From Fimbriosthenelais zetlandica (lineage: Eukaryota), in the NCBI GenBank assembly GCA_977030845.1, contig OZ365112.1, positions 20,274,001 to 20,338,000 of the forward strand: 64,000 bases of DNA, in the 5' to 3' direction. A model generated the notes under the pieces. The model saw nothing but the letters and a program-made list of their open reading frames with translations, ran no database searches and was not told where the DNA came from. Below are positions 37,506 to 50,200 of the stretch, piece by piece. Numbering within the stretch: the first letter of the stretch is position 1; each line of letters starts with the position of its first letter. The position numbers and the translations under genes are program-made.

Positions 37506-40500
37506 ACTTGGTCGTCCTCGACCTATGATGTTACGTAGAATCCATTTACAATAATTATTTTAATTTAAATAATTATTACAATTATTTTAATTTAAATAAT
37601 TATTTAGAGTTATTCCATTCACCGTCTCTTTTCCGTGTAATGTACTCCCGGGGGGTTTAGGTGACTGGCTCCTAGGGCTGGGAAGCCTACCCTCTGATGG
37701 GCCACAGTCAGTAGGTGGGAATAATCGACTGACCATGATCAGGTCATTGGGCCCTATAAGGCTTGACCATGCGACTCGGTTGGGTCTACTTATTAGGCTG
37801 CAAATGTGTGCCTTTTATAAGAATTTTCTACGCACACATCTTGTCTTGTGTTTATAGAAATTTCAATGGAAAAGAGCACCTTTTATAAACACTCGGGTCC
37901 ATCAAGTACATTTGTGATAAAATATGTTTACAGTTAGTTATACACAATTATACAGTTATAGTTATCATGTGTCCTATATACGTACATACACACTAATGTA
38001 CCGGTACTGTTGTAGAGGCCTAATAGTTGCCTCACGTGGGTTATGGTATTGTTTATTCTACTCTAGCGACCAAGTTAAAATTAATTGATCAAGCTCTTTG
38101 GTAGCGTTGTTGTAATACAGTGCTACCTCAGATGCCAGATCAGCTGGTACTGATTGTATTTTTGAGCAACAGTTCATCGTGAGCATATTATATTTTACAT
38201 CTTTCATTCAGCCCTCCCAGTGAAAAGCTTGATAGGGGATCGTTGGGAGACCTGTAATAATAAATTAAACTGTATTGAATGCATGAGTTTTCTCAGAAAC
38301 TGAACGAATGGTACTATATAAAGAAGTTTATTTATTGTTTGATGAAAGTGTACATCACAACATGGTCAACATTCCCTGGACCAGTATTTATATTTCCTGT
38401 TCATTTTTGGGGGGTGCTGACTGAAGATAATAAAAGTTTAAAATGAATATTTTTGTCAAACGTTTTTTATCCCAGGGACAGTGTTCTCATCAGTGCTTTA
38501 AAAAGAAAATTTGTTTAAGGCCCTTGCATTTCCCAAATTTTGTTATCGATTCCTTAAATTGTGGGAACCCTGTGACCATAGATAATTGCAAGAGATTTCC
38601 ATAGTGGTTGCTAAATAGAAGATAATTGTCCTTTAAGTACGAATGGGTAGAATTATTTAGATATAGATCCTTGTGGCTTGTATCATGAATTTTTATTTTG
38701 CAGTGCATATCTCTCGTGTTATTCGAACATATTTTATATAATTGGCACGAATGATGATATGTTCTCCTTGGTTTGTTAAAGGGGTGCTTTTGGACGGGTA
38801 AATTTCTTAGTTTTTTTTAAAGAAAAAGGGTACTTTTCTGAGGGTAGAAACATGAAAAGGTTCGGATTTTGAAGGTTGGGAACGAGCATTAGTACCCACT
38901 AGTTTCATATCTTATCATAGATTCGGTGGCCCATATCCAGAGTGGAACACAAGCCCTTTTCTTCACAATTGTAGGCCGCTTGCCACATGCTCCTCGCAGT
39001 GGGCACGGTCTTTACTGTGTGAAAAAAGCTCATAGTTTAATCTTCTGTGGTGCCTATAATTACACATGATTATTTAATGAACCCTGTTCTCGAGAGACAC
39101 ACTTTAAATACTCCATCTTGATTAGGCCTAGAATGCCACATTTAAATCTATTTTAAAAATCGAAATTTTAATATGCATGTATCCTTCCTTCATCACTTCA
39201 TATTATCCTCATTGGTGGCGCCCTCAGTGGCTAGTCAGTGGAAACCTGTCTCAAACCGATGCTGCAAATACTGCCGGGCCGCCGCTACCAATGCGCCACC
39301 ATCGACAAAGGAACGAACTAACATATCGCAGTGGGATCGGAGGCTAGTGGTTCTAAATACAATCTAAACTGATTATCAACCATAACAAGAACTTTGATTT
39401 TATCAATGTTGCTGTATTTCCTTGTGTTTCCCTGACATTGTTGTTGGTTTTCTAATTTAGGCCTACCCATTTTCATTGAGGCTACATGCGAGTCTCTAAA
39501 AACCCATTGAAATGATTTGTAATTATACATGTAAACAGTATTAAATACTGGGATAAAAAGTATGGAAAATTGAAAATGTGAAGTAGGACAAGGTAATACC
39601 TAAGTACGGTAATGAAACTAAGAGCCAACAAAGTAGGCCTATTTTTGTCCGACATCAAAATTTATTTTTGCTTGAATTTGATTAAAACAAACACAATTAT
39701 GCTGGTAGTTATATGATTCCTCTTCAATAACAGATTATTTTTCTCAGGAATATTAGACTGACATACTTTTTGCCTATTGTTCTTTACATAGGCCTACTTT
39801 TCCAGTAGGCCTAGGCCTATTGAACATTATTGAGACGCCATTAGAATGCAGGAGAACGATGGCTTAAATTAAAAATGATTTTCTCAGTGGGGCAAGGGCT
39901 TACATAGGCCTAAAACACATATAGGCCTATCTACTCAACCCCGTATCAAAATCTCTCATAGGCCTACTTTGTTTCGGAATTAAAAACTTAGGCCTATAGC
40001 CTAGCCTATATTATGAAATATAATTTTTGCTCTCAATGTAGAAGAATACATTTTAATAGAATGGATAGGCCTATAGGGCCTAATGATTTAAACCTGCTAA
40101 AGAAAAATAATAGACCTAGGCTAATAGTGCTGGGGATGCACTGAGGAGAAGGAGGGATGGAGGGAGAGGGAAGCATGCAGTGAGCCTATATAGTTAGGCT
40201 AGGTGGGGTGGAGGGGTGTAGGGCGTCACCTTAAAATATCCCCATGTCTGAGGAAGGGTGATCCCCACCGTTATATTTTGTCAGTTTCTACGTTTTTCCC
40301 TATTTGCTGCAGGGTGATAGGTTATATAAGGCTTAGCCCAAGGCCTAATATAGGTCTATATAGGCCTAAACAAGTTAGATTTGAGTTCTATCTGTATTGA
40401 CAGCCCCCCACCCCTCTGGCATCTAATCACAGTGCAAGCCACAATTCGACAAAAATATTCAATCTGATTTATTTAGCTTAAAGAAATAACTCAGTTAGTT

Positions 40501-40773
40501 TGCATCCCCCGGCTCCTTTCCCTTCACCCGGTCAAGTGAGAACCCCCTCCGCCAGTGTCAGTGATCACCTGTTGACAGGCCTGGCCAGATACCTAAAACG
40601 CTCCAAACGGCTAAAGAACCCAATGTCAGCAATCAAGTTGACCTTAAAAGAACCATAAATGTTTATTTGTGTTTCCTTGAGAAAGGAAATGAGTCATATC
40701 CATTTAGAAATCAAGAAAACTAACAATTCTCAACGTTGTTTTGATGTATTTTGCCTTCGAGTCCGCCTGCAGC

Positions 40774-40808
40774 CAAGATGGCGGCCACTTCCGTAGCCAA
40801 TGACATCA
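40774..40808 (+). promoter_or_regulatory. Housekeeping-type promoter cluster (YY1, ETS, CCAAT, CRE-like)
   Basis: CAAGATGGCGGC 40774-40785, CACTTCCG 40786-40793, CCAAT 40797-40801 and TGACATCA 40801-40808 abut one another, followed by the donor GAG|GTAAAT at 40875/40876. Confidence 0.65.
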
Positions 40809-40831
40809 TCATCCGGGTACTTCTATGTACA

Positions 40832-40863
40832 TCCAGGGCTTCCAGGGCTTCCAGGGCTTCCAG
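40832..40863. repeat. 9-bp tandem repeat (TCCAGGGCT x3.5) in the predicted first exon
   Basis: Seen directly in the sequence. Confidence 0.9.
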
Positions 40864-42841
40864 CAGAGCAAAGAGGTAAATTCATTTCGTCCGTTTTTTG
40901 ATCTCGAAAATAGTTATTAATACTTCATGCAGATTAGAATCCTTTGGTCAAAAGTTTCATTGTACATTCACAAACACCTGTGTCGCAAGAAATTGTAGAT
41001 TTATAAGCTTTTTATCGAAGTTATCGACGATTTCATTTGTGCACGTGTATCGTGGTAAAGAAAACGGGTCCCACTGCCAGTTAAGGTGGCCGGCTTATGC
41101 GGCTGTATTGATATTTGATGTCAAAAACTTATCCACAACTATATCCTTCTGAAATATTTATTGACAATTCACATGTCATTAAGAAGAAGGGACATTTATC
41201 TTTCAGTTTACATCAGTTGTAAGATGTTATGCAGGTCGGACATTCACTATTTGTGCTGTCACAGTCTTGTGTTTTGGGGCTAAATCAGTGTAGGCCTATA
41301 CTATTTTAACAGTGACAGAGCGCTGAGTTTATGATTTTATATGACATGTAGGCCTAAACTGCGCCCCTGTTCACGACGTTGTCGATTTCCTGCCTATGAC
41401 GTGTCAATAGATGCTATTTTGGGAATTTTTTTTTATCTTTGTTGTGAACGAAGGAAGACAGGACTTTAGACTTGGTGTTGTAGGCCTACATGTGGCTGCT
41501 TCTTAAGTCGGGAAATATTTATAAACATAATTTATCTGCTCTTCATGAAGTTAGTTTTTCTAAAATAGTCTAGTAATTTATACTGAAAGGTTACCATTTG
41601 TAATATTCAATCATTAATTCTAAAATTATACCTAACATATAATATGAATTATTATGGTACAATATATTATAATTTGTATGGAAATCTTATGTGTAGGCCT
41701 ACTATTTAAATTCTGCTTATTTTAATTAATGTTATTTCCGCTATTTTCCTAGGCCCACACCGCGCCCTGGTGTTCGATTCGATAAAAGATGAGAGAGCTT
41801 CATCCACTCCCTAGCGGCAACTTCACTCACTACTAATGTCAACAAACCATCGTGTACGATGATCGATGGACACACATACAATAATACAGGACCTAAATAT
41901 GTGAGTAACTTTGGTTTTCATTTAATTTTGGATGTCTTGTGGATGTCTACCACCTTCCAGGCATTTCCTGGCCAGAAATAACAATAATTAAAGCGTAGGC
42001 TAAAGGTAAGAGATTAGGTGGTTATTTAACAATAGAAGAAAGTAAGTTTAGAAACATAAAATTGTTTTCTGGTCTATATGTTGCAATTTTAATTTTGTAT
42101 AAGGTCTGGGACAATTATGGTGATCATAATCAATACTATCAATATCTTATTATTATCAAAAGTCGTCTCTATAAGGGGGTGGTCGGTTTATGGGGGTATT
42201 CTAAAAATATTTATATAAGGAAGAAAATGTAACCAGAAAAACATGGTCGGTTTAAGGGGGTGGTCAGCTTACTGGTGTGGTCGGATTTGGGGGAAGCACT
42301 AGTTATAAAATTGAAATACGCTTCAAATACACGCAAGCACATTACATTAGATCTTCTTGTTTTGGAATACTATACAAATATTAGCATAAACAGGAACAAT
42401 TAAGTGTAAAATTATGTGGCCTAAGTCCCGCCTCCTTTGGTCTCCAAAACCAAGTGTATTTAGTTAAACTTAAGTTGGGAGATTTGAGACTATAATATTA
42501 TATAAATAAAGTCTAAAGTCGCACAGGGCCATTCAAATACCGAGTTAAATTGGGGTTAAATTGAGAAAAGTTCATTATGTGGGTATTGTTCCTTCAAGAT
42601 TGCTTCCAGTTGGGAAGAAAATTGCGAGAAATGAGCTGGACATTTTCTCTAGTTTATGCTGTCACTAGGCCTACTTTTATTTTTTGAAATTAGGCCTATA
42701 TTAAAAATAAATATTTTTCACATCTTCATGTACGTGCTATACATCATTTGAACGCTCGTGATCTGATCTATATATCTGCAACTAACCTTTGCGACTTAAG
42801 ACTCATTTAGTGAAAACACATCACATATAATTTATTAACGT

Positions 42842-43150
42842 GGCATGGTGGCCCAGTGGTTAGGGTATCCGACTTGTGAATGAAGGGTCGCAGGCTCGAA
42901 TCCCGGACCAGGTGCTATGTTGTGACCTTGGATATAAGTCATTTCACTCTGATTATCGCGGTCTACCCAGCCGAAAATGGGTGTACACCTTCCGAGGGCA
43001 GATAATGTACTTGTACCGTAATACTGGGAGAGCGCCGCCCGTAAGCTACTGGCTGCCAACACCACTGTTTCTTCCCCAGCCGGGAGGTGAGAAATGTAAA
43101 CTATGTAAAATTAGAGACGAAATAAATAGATATTACAAACAAATAAATAA
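42842..43150 (+). mobile_element. tRNA-derived SINE with CORE/Meta-like central domain and A-rich tail
   Basis: Pol III A box TGGCCCAGTGG 42849-42859 and B box GGCTCGAATCC 42893-42903. These are followed by TGTTGTGACCTTGGATATAAGTCATTTCACTCT (like the MIR/CORE consensus as recalled), CTACCCAGCCGAAAATGGGTG, and an AAATAAATA tail. Confidence 0.75.
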
Positions 43151-43866
43151 TGTCACTTTAGTGAATTGCTACAAGTTCAGGTGTAAATCTTACAATATAA
43201 ATACACACACCTGCATACGCACACATGCATACGCACCCACACAGTATGTATACACTACACATGCATGCATATATCAGTTGGTTTTTAACAATTATTTACT
43301 ATTGAGGTTCAGGTAGATATGTTTAGAGTGTTCGATATACCAGTGGATAATAATAATGTACATGTATAGTGAGTATAATGACATGTGAACCAAACAGTAG
43401 CAGTTCAATGACATAAGTATATCAACTCACTGTCAGAATTTTCTTACTGTATAATAAGGTGGTGGTGTAATAAATTGAATGATATTGGTAAATTTTAATT
43501 GACGAATTTCTAAATAGATAAATAAAATACCGGTAGGCCTACTATTGTATGGTGTAGGCAATCTGTGGTGTAGATATGTACATGTAGAAGGGTTTGACTA
43601 CTATTAAAAATTCAGTTTGGTGGTCAAAATGATAAAAGTAGGCATATGTGTAGCAATAAATGATGTATATATTCTGCATACTGCTGGCCACTTGCTGACT
43701 GGGAGCAATTCTTAATTTAAAGACTGAAAGATGTCATTTTGACACTGCGAACAAATCCACCAGAATGTGAGCTTTGGTACCTTTCACTACCAAACTTTGT
43801 ATAGATCATTCCTGGTGCAATCATGGGGCAAAGGGTTAAACGTATGCAGTTAGTCATCTTAGTTCA

Positions 43867-43927
43867 TTAACCCTTGCAATCACAGAGTCAACATAATGTA
43901 TAGGTCATTCAATGAGCAAAGGGTTAA
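43867..43927. mobile_element. Miniature inverted-repeat element with TTAACCCTT...AAGGGTTAA ends (TTAA-type)
   Basis: 9-bp terminal inverted repeats including TTAA. A further orphan CAAAGGGTTAA end lies at 43829-43839. Confidence 0.45.
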
Positions 43928-44472
43928 TATTGCCTTCGTTCACACTGATGGTCACTTGCTAGCTGAGAGTCCACAGAGTTGGTTGGGTTGGCATTTTTCA
44001 TGTAGACCTAAATTGAAATAATCTAATATGCACTAGAAATGTGTTTCTATTTTATATTAGTTTTTATTGTCCAACGTTTCGGCAGGATTCTAATTTATAT
44101 TTTGTGACTTTGTTGGTCTCAGTAGGCCTATCTTTTTTTATCTGTCCTGACAGATTTTCAATAAATTATATGTTAAATGAATGAAAATGAAAACTTAAAT
44201 GAAAATGAATCATTTGTGCCGTGTATATTGTACAGTATAACTAAATTTCTACATTATTAATTTTTTACACCACCTCGCCGGTTGCTACCTTCTGCCCGAG
44301 TGAAGTACACAGTACACAGCAGCTCTGGTCATAGCGGACCAAGTCATCTATATTTAGTACAGCATGATTGGCATGGGACGACCAGTAGTAGAGAGGGGTG
44401 TCACTCTCGTCTTTATAACCATATACATAAAATATATATATGCCCCATATTAAATGTCGAATTTTATTTCAG

Positions 44473-47400
44473 TATCTGTGACTATCAGAATATATCGAAG
44501 ACTTGGTTATGCGGATACAGCTGACACCAAAATCGTTGCTGAGAAGGAAGAAGCAGATGGAGATTCAGAATACCAGGTAGATATCGAGAACCATTGTTTT
44601 CATTTTTGCCTGCTTTGTATTGAATGTATAATTTAATTTCAGTACTTGTCACTATCAAGGACTGTTGATGACCCCGAAATGTTGCTGAGAAGGATGAAGA
44701 AGATGGACTTTCAAATTCCAGGTATATATATTTGGGAAAAACGGTTTTGATCTGCTTTATACTAAATGTACTTAATTTAATTTCAGTGTCTTTCAATATG
44801 AAGGACTTGGTAAATGGTTTCTGAGAAGGATAAGAAGATGGAGTGTCAAAATGCCAGGTAAATATTGGGAAAATTTGTTTTGATTTTGATCAGGTTGATA
44901 TTAAATGTAGAATGTCATTTCAGTGCTTGGACTTGGACTTCAGTGCTTCAGGATTTGGTCACTGGCAAGGAAATGGTTTCTGAGAAGGAAGAAGAATATG
45001 GACTTGGTTACTGTAAGACGAAATGGTTTGTGAAAAGAAGGAAGAATATGGAATATCAGAATACCAGGTACATATAGGGAAAAATTGTTTTGATTTCGAT
45101 CATGTTTATATTAAATGTAGAATGTAATTTCAGTGCTTGGACTCGGACTAAAGTGCTTGGTTACTGGAAGACGAAATGGGTGGTGAGAATCAGGAAGAGT
45201 ATGGAATATCAGAATACCAGGTATATATTGGGAAGAATTGTTTTGATTTGATTATGTTTATATTAAATGTAGAATCAAATTACAGTGCTTGGACTGGACT
45301 AAAGTGCTTGGTTACCGGAAGACGAAATGGTTTTTGAAAAGAAGGAAGAATATGGAATATCAGAATACCAGGTATATATTGGGAAGCATTGTTTTGATTT
45401 TGATCAGCTTTATATTTAATGTAGAATCTAATTTCAGTGCTTGGACTTGGACTAAAATGTTTGGTTACTGGAAGACGAAATGGTTTGTGAAAAGAAGGAA
45501 GAATATGGAATATCAGAATACCAGGTATATATTGGGAAGAATTGTTTTGATATTGATCAGCTTTATATTAAATGTAGAATGTAATTTCAGTGCTTGGACT
45601 TGGACTAAAGTGCGTCAGGATTTGGTTACCGGTACTGGAAGACGAAATGGTTTGTGAGAAGAAGGAAGCATATGGAATATCAGGTAGATATCGAGAACAA
45701 TTGTTTTCATTTTTGCCTGCTTTGTATTGAATGTATAATTTAATTTCAGTACTTGTCACTATCAGGGACTGTTGATGACCCCGAAATGTTGCTGAGAAGG
45801 ATGAAGAAGATGGAATATCAGAATACCAGGTATATATTGGGAAGAATTGTTTTGATATTGATCAGCTTTATATTAAATGTAGAATGTAATTTCAGTGCTT
45901 GGACTTGGACTAGAGTGTTTCAGGACTTGGTTACTGTAAGACGAAATGGTTTGTGAAAAGAAGGAAGAATATGGAATATCAGAATACCAGGTACATAAAG
46001 GGAAAAATTGTTTTGATTTCGATCATGTTTATATTAAATGTAGAATGTAATTTCAGTGCTTGGACTCGGACTAAAGTACTTGGTTACTGGAAGACGAAAT
46101 GGTTTGTGAGAATGAGGAAGAATATGGAATATCAGAATACTAGGTATATATTGGGAAGAATTATTTTGATTTGATTATGTTTATATTAAATGTAGAGTCT
46201 AATTTCAGTGCTTGGACTTGGACTAAAATGCTTGGTTACTGGAAGACGAAATGGTTTGTGAAAAGAAGGAAGAATATGGAATATCAAAATACCAGGTATA
46301 TATTGGGAAGAATTGTTTTGATATTGATCAGCTTTATATTAAATGTAGAATGTAATTTCAGTGCTTGGACTTGGACTAAAGTGCGTCAGGATTTGGTTAC
46401 TGGAAGACGAAATGGTTTGTGAGAAGAAGGAAGAATATGGAATATCAGAATACCAGGTACATATAGGGAAAAATTATTTTGATTTTGATCAGCTTTATAT
46501 TAAATGTACTATTTCATTTCAGTGCTTGTCACTACCAAGGTATGATTCAAGATTTTCATGCCGAGGTTCAAGATCTACAAATTGGTTGTCACATATGAGG
46601 AAGAAAGATCCAAGATTCACACTCCTAGACTAGAGTGTTTCAGGACTTGGTTACTGTAAGACGAAATGGTTTGTGAAAAGAAGGAAGAATATGGAATATC
46701 AGAATACCAGGTACATAAAGGGAAAAATTGTTTTGATTTCGATCATGTTTATATTAAATGTAGAATGTAATTTCAGTGCTTGGACTCGGACTAAAGTACT
46801 TGGTTACTGGAAGACGAAATGGTTTGTGAGAATGAGGAAGAATATGGAATATCAGAATACCAGGTATATATTGGGAAGAATTATTTTGATTTGATTATGT
46901 TTATATTAAATGTAGAGTCTAATTTCAGTGCTTGGACTTGGACTAAAATGCTTGGTTACTGGAAGACGAAATGGTTTGTGAAAAGAAGGAAGAATATGGA
47001 ATATCAAAATACCAGGTATATATTGGGAAGAATTGTTTTGATATTGATCAGCTTTATATTAAATGTAGAATGTAATTTCAGTGCTTGGACTTGGACTAAA
47101 GTGCGTCAGGATTTGGTTACTGGAAGACGAAATGGTTTGTGAGAAGAAGGAAGAATATGGAATATCAGAATACCAGGTACATATAGGGACAAATTATTTT
47201 GATTTTGATCAGCTTTATATTAAATGTACTATTTCATTTCAGTGCTTGTCACTACCAAGGTATGATTCAAGATTTTCATGCCGAGGTTCAAGATCTACAA
47301 ATTGGTTGTCACATATGAGGAAGAAAGATCCAAGATTCACACTCCTAGACTAGAGTGTTTCAGGACTTGGTTACTGTAAGACGAAATGGTTTGTGAAAAG

Positions 47401-49880
47401 AAGGAAGAATATGGAATATCAGAATACCAGGTACATAAAGGGAAAAATTGTTTTGATTTCGATCATGTTTATATTAAATGTAGAATGTAATTTCAGTGCT
47501 TGGACTCGGACTAAAGTACTTGGTTACTGGAAGACGAAATGGTTTGTGAGAATGAGGAAGAATATGGAATATCAGAATACCAGGTATATATTGGGAAGAA
47601 TTATTTTGATTTGATTATGTTTATATTAAATGTAGAGTCTAATTTCAGTGCTTGGACTTGGACTAAAATGCTTGGTTACTGGAAGACGAAATGGTTTGTG
47701 AAAAGAAGGAAGAATATGGAATATCAAAATACCAGGTATATATTGGGAAGAATTGTTTTGATATTGATCAGCTTTATATTAAATGTAGAATGTAATTTCA
47801 GTGCTTGGACTTGGACTAAAGTGCGTCAGGATTTGGTTACTGGAAGACGAAATGGTTTGTGAGAAGAAGGAAGAATATGGAATATCAGAATACCAGGTAC
47901 ATATAGGGAAAAATTATTTTGATTTTGATCAGCTTTATATTAAATGTACTATTTCATTTCAGTGCTTGTCACTACCAAGGTATGATTCAAGATTTTCATG
48001 CCGAGGTTCAAGATCTACAAATTGGTTGTCACATATGAGGAAGAAAGATCCAAGATTCACACTCCTAGACTTGATTTTGCTGACTCCAAAATGATTGCTG
48101 AGGAGGTGGAAGAGATGGAGCTTCAGAATTCCAGGTATATATAGGGAAAATTTGTTTTCATTTTCATCTGATTGATATTAAATGTAGAATTTCCTTTCAG
48201 TCAATGTCACTGTCAAGGAATGGTCGCTGTTCTCTACCCAAGTACCAAGACCAACAAGTTGATTCAAGATTGTCATGGCGAGGCTCAAGATCTACAACTT
48301 GGTTGTCAAAAATGTGGACGAAAAATGAGATGTTGCCCCAGAGTAGGAAATAGAGCTTGGACGAGAATGGGTAAGTTTCGAAACTTTGTCAAATTAAAGT
48401 GTAAATTTTCAGGTTATTTAACTAAGAGCTAAATTTTGCAGGATTGTGATGAGATGAGAGCCTTTCAAGTACATCTTCAAGAGCAGATTGTGTTTAGATA
48501 TGGTTGTCAAAATGGCTGCTGCATTTCTCACCATATTAAAGTAAGTATTGGCTACATTTCTAATGTATTTATGTACGTGGAATCTTGTTAAAACATTAGA
48601 TACAGGCGTCTGTCTACAATTCTGAACCTCACTCAATCTCAGAATACCAGGTAGATATCGAGAACAATTGTTTTCATTTTTGCCTGCTTTGTATTGAATG
48701 TATAATTTAATTTCAGTACTTGTCACTATCAGGGACTGTTGATGACCCCGAAATGTTGCTGAGAAGGATGAAGAAGATGGACTTTCAAATTCCAGGTGTA
48801 TATATATTTAAATTTTTGGGAAAAACGGTTTTGATCTGCTTTATACTAAATGTACAATTTAATTTCAGTGTCTTTCAATATGAAAGACTTGGTAAATGGT
48901 TTCTGAGGAGGATAAGAAGTTGGAGAGTCAAAATGCCAGGTAAATATTGGGAAAATTTGTTTTGATTTTGATCTGGTTGATATTAAATGTAGAATGTCAT
49001 TTCAGTGCTTGGACTTGGACTTCAGTGCTTCAGGATTTGGTCACTGGCAAGGAAATGGTATCTGAGAAGGAAGAAGAATATGGAATATCAGAATACCAGG
49101 TATATATTGGGAAGAATTGTTTTGTTATTGATCAGCTTTATATTAAATGTAGAATGTAATTTCAGTGCTTGGACTCGGACTAAAGTGCTTTGTTACTGGA
49201 AGACAAGATGGTTTGTGAGAATGAGGAAGAATATGGAATATCAGAATACCAGGTATATATTGAGAAGAATTGTTTGGATTTGATTATGTTTATATTAAAT
49301 GTAGAATCTAATTACAGTGCTTGGACTTGGACTAAAGTGCTTGGTTACCGGAAGACGAAATGGTTTGTGAAAAGAAGGAATAATATGGAATATCAGAATA
49401 CCAGGTATATATTGGGAAGAATTGTTTTGATTTTGATCAGCTTTATATTTAATGTAGAATCTAATTTCAGTGCTTGGACTTGGACTAAAGTGCTTGGTTA
49501 CTGGAAGACGAAATGGTTTGTGAAAAGAAGGAAGAATATGGAATATCAGAATACCAGGTATAATATTGGGAAGAATTGTTTTGATATTGATCAGCTTTAT
49601 ATTAAATGTAGAATGTAATTTCAGTGCTTGGACTTGGACTAAAGTGCGTCAGGATTTGGTTACTGGAAGACGAAATGGTTTGTGAGAAGAAGGAAGAATA
49701 TGGAATATCAGAATACCAGGTACATATAGGGAAAAATTATTTTGATTTTGATCAGCTTTATATTAAATGTACTATTTCATTTCAGTGCCTGTCACTACCA
49801 AGATATGATTCAAGATTTTCATGCCGAGGTTCAAGATCTACAAATTGGTTGTCACATATGAGGAAGAAAGTAAAGTATTT
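44473..49880 (+). repeat. Tandem array of about 150-bp exon+intron units (about 30 units)
   Basis: Typical unit: TTTCAG|TGCTTGGACTTGGACTAAAGTGCTTGGTTACTGGAAGACGAAATGGTTTGTGAAAAGAAGGAAGAATATGGAATATCAGAATACCAG|GTATATATTGGG... with 65-66-nt intron-like spacers. The block starting near 44577 is repeated near 48651. Confidence 0.9.
45911..48070. repeat. Three near-identical 720-bp higher-order copies
   Basis: The same sequence restarts at 45911, 46631 and 47351. Identical ORFs occur at 45953, 46673 and 47393. Confidence 0.95.
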
Positions 49881-50107
49881 AAAGTAAGTATTGGCTACAT
49901 TTCTAATGTATTTATGTACGTGGAATCTTGTTAAAACACTACATACAGGCGTCTGTCTACAATTCTGAACCCCACTCAATCTCATCTTTCCTAGATTGGA
50001 ACCGTTGCTGAAGAATCTGCTGTGGCCCAACATTGAACTACCAAGGCTCAAGATTCACACACTGAGGTTCAAGACTCACACCCCGAAGAACAAAACTCAA
50101 TTGGGCC

Positions 50108-50200
50108 CAAGACTCGCTCACCGAAGCTCAAGACTCGCACACCGAAGATCAAGACTCGCACACCGAAGCTCAAGACTCGCACACCGAAGATCAAGACTCG
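50108..50200. repeat. 21-bp tandem repeat, about 4.4 copies (CAAGACTCGCACACCGAAG-CT/AT)
   Basis: Seen directly; one frame reads (A/D)QDSHTE repeats. Confidence 0.9.

Noticed and set aside
37690-37760. HDV-like or hammerhead ribozyme in the MAT 3' UTR (GGGCCACAG start; CTGATGG...GAAT)
   Set aside because: The helices are nested rather than in HDV pseudoknot order, and the hammerhead core has two mismatches.
37506-38500. Vertebrate-type METTL16 hairpins (UACAGAGAA) in the MAT 3' UTR
   Set aside because: No TACAGA found; only TACAGT variants.
40778-41793. ATG within the YY1 motif as the start of a protein
   Set aside because: The spliced frame stops early in the next exon (about 45 aa) and has no recognisable features.
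42842-42915. Functional tRNA gene
   Set aside because: A and B boxes are present but there is no convincing acceptor stem, and it runs into a SINE body and tail.
44577-49790. 65-66-nt repeated introns as mirtrons or snoRNAs
   Set aside because: The ends do not pair into a hairpin, and no C/D or H/ACA boxes were seen.
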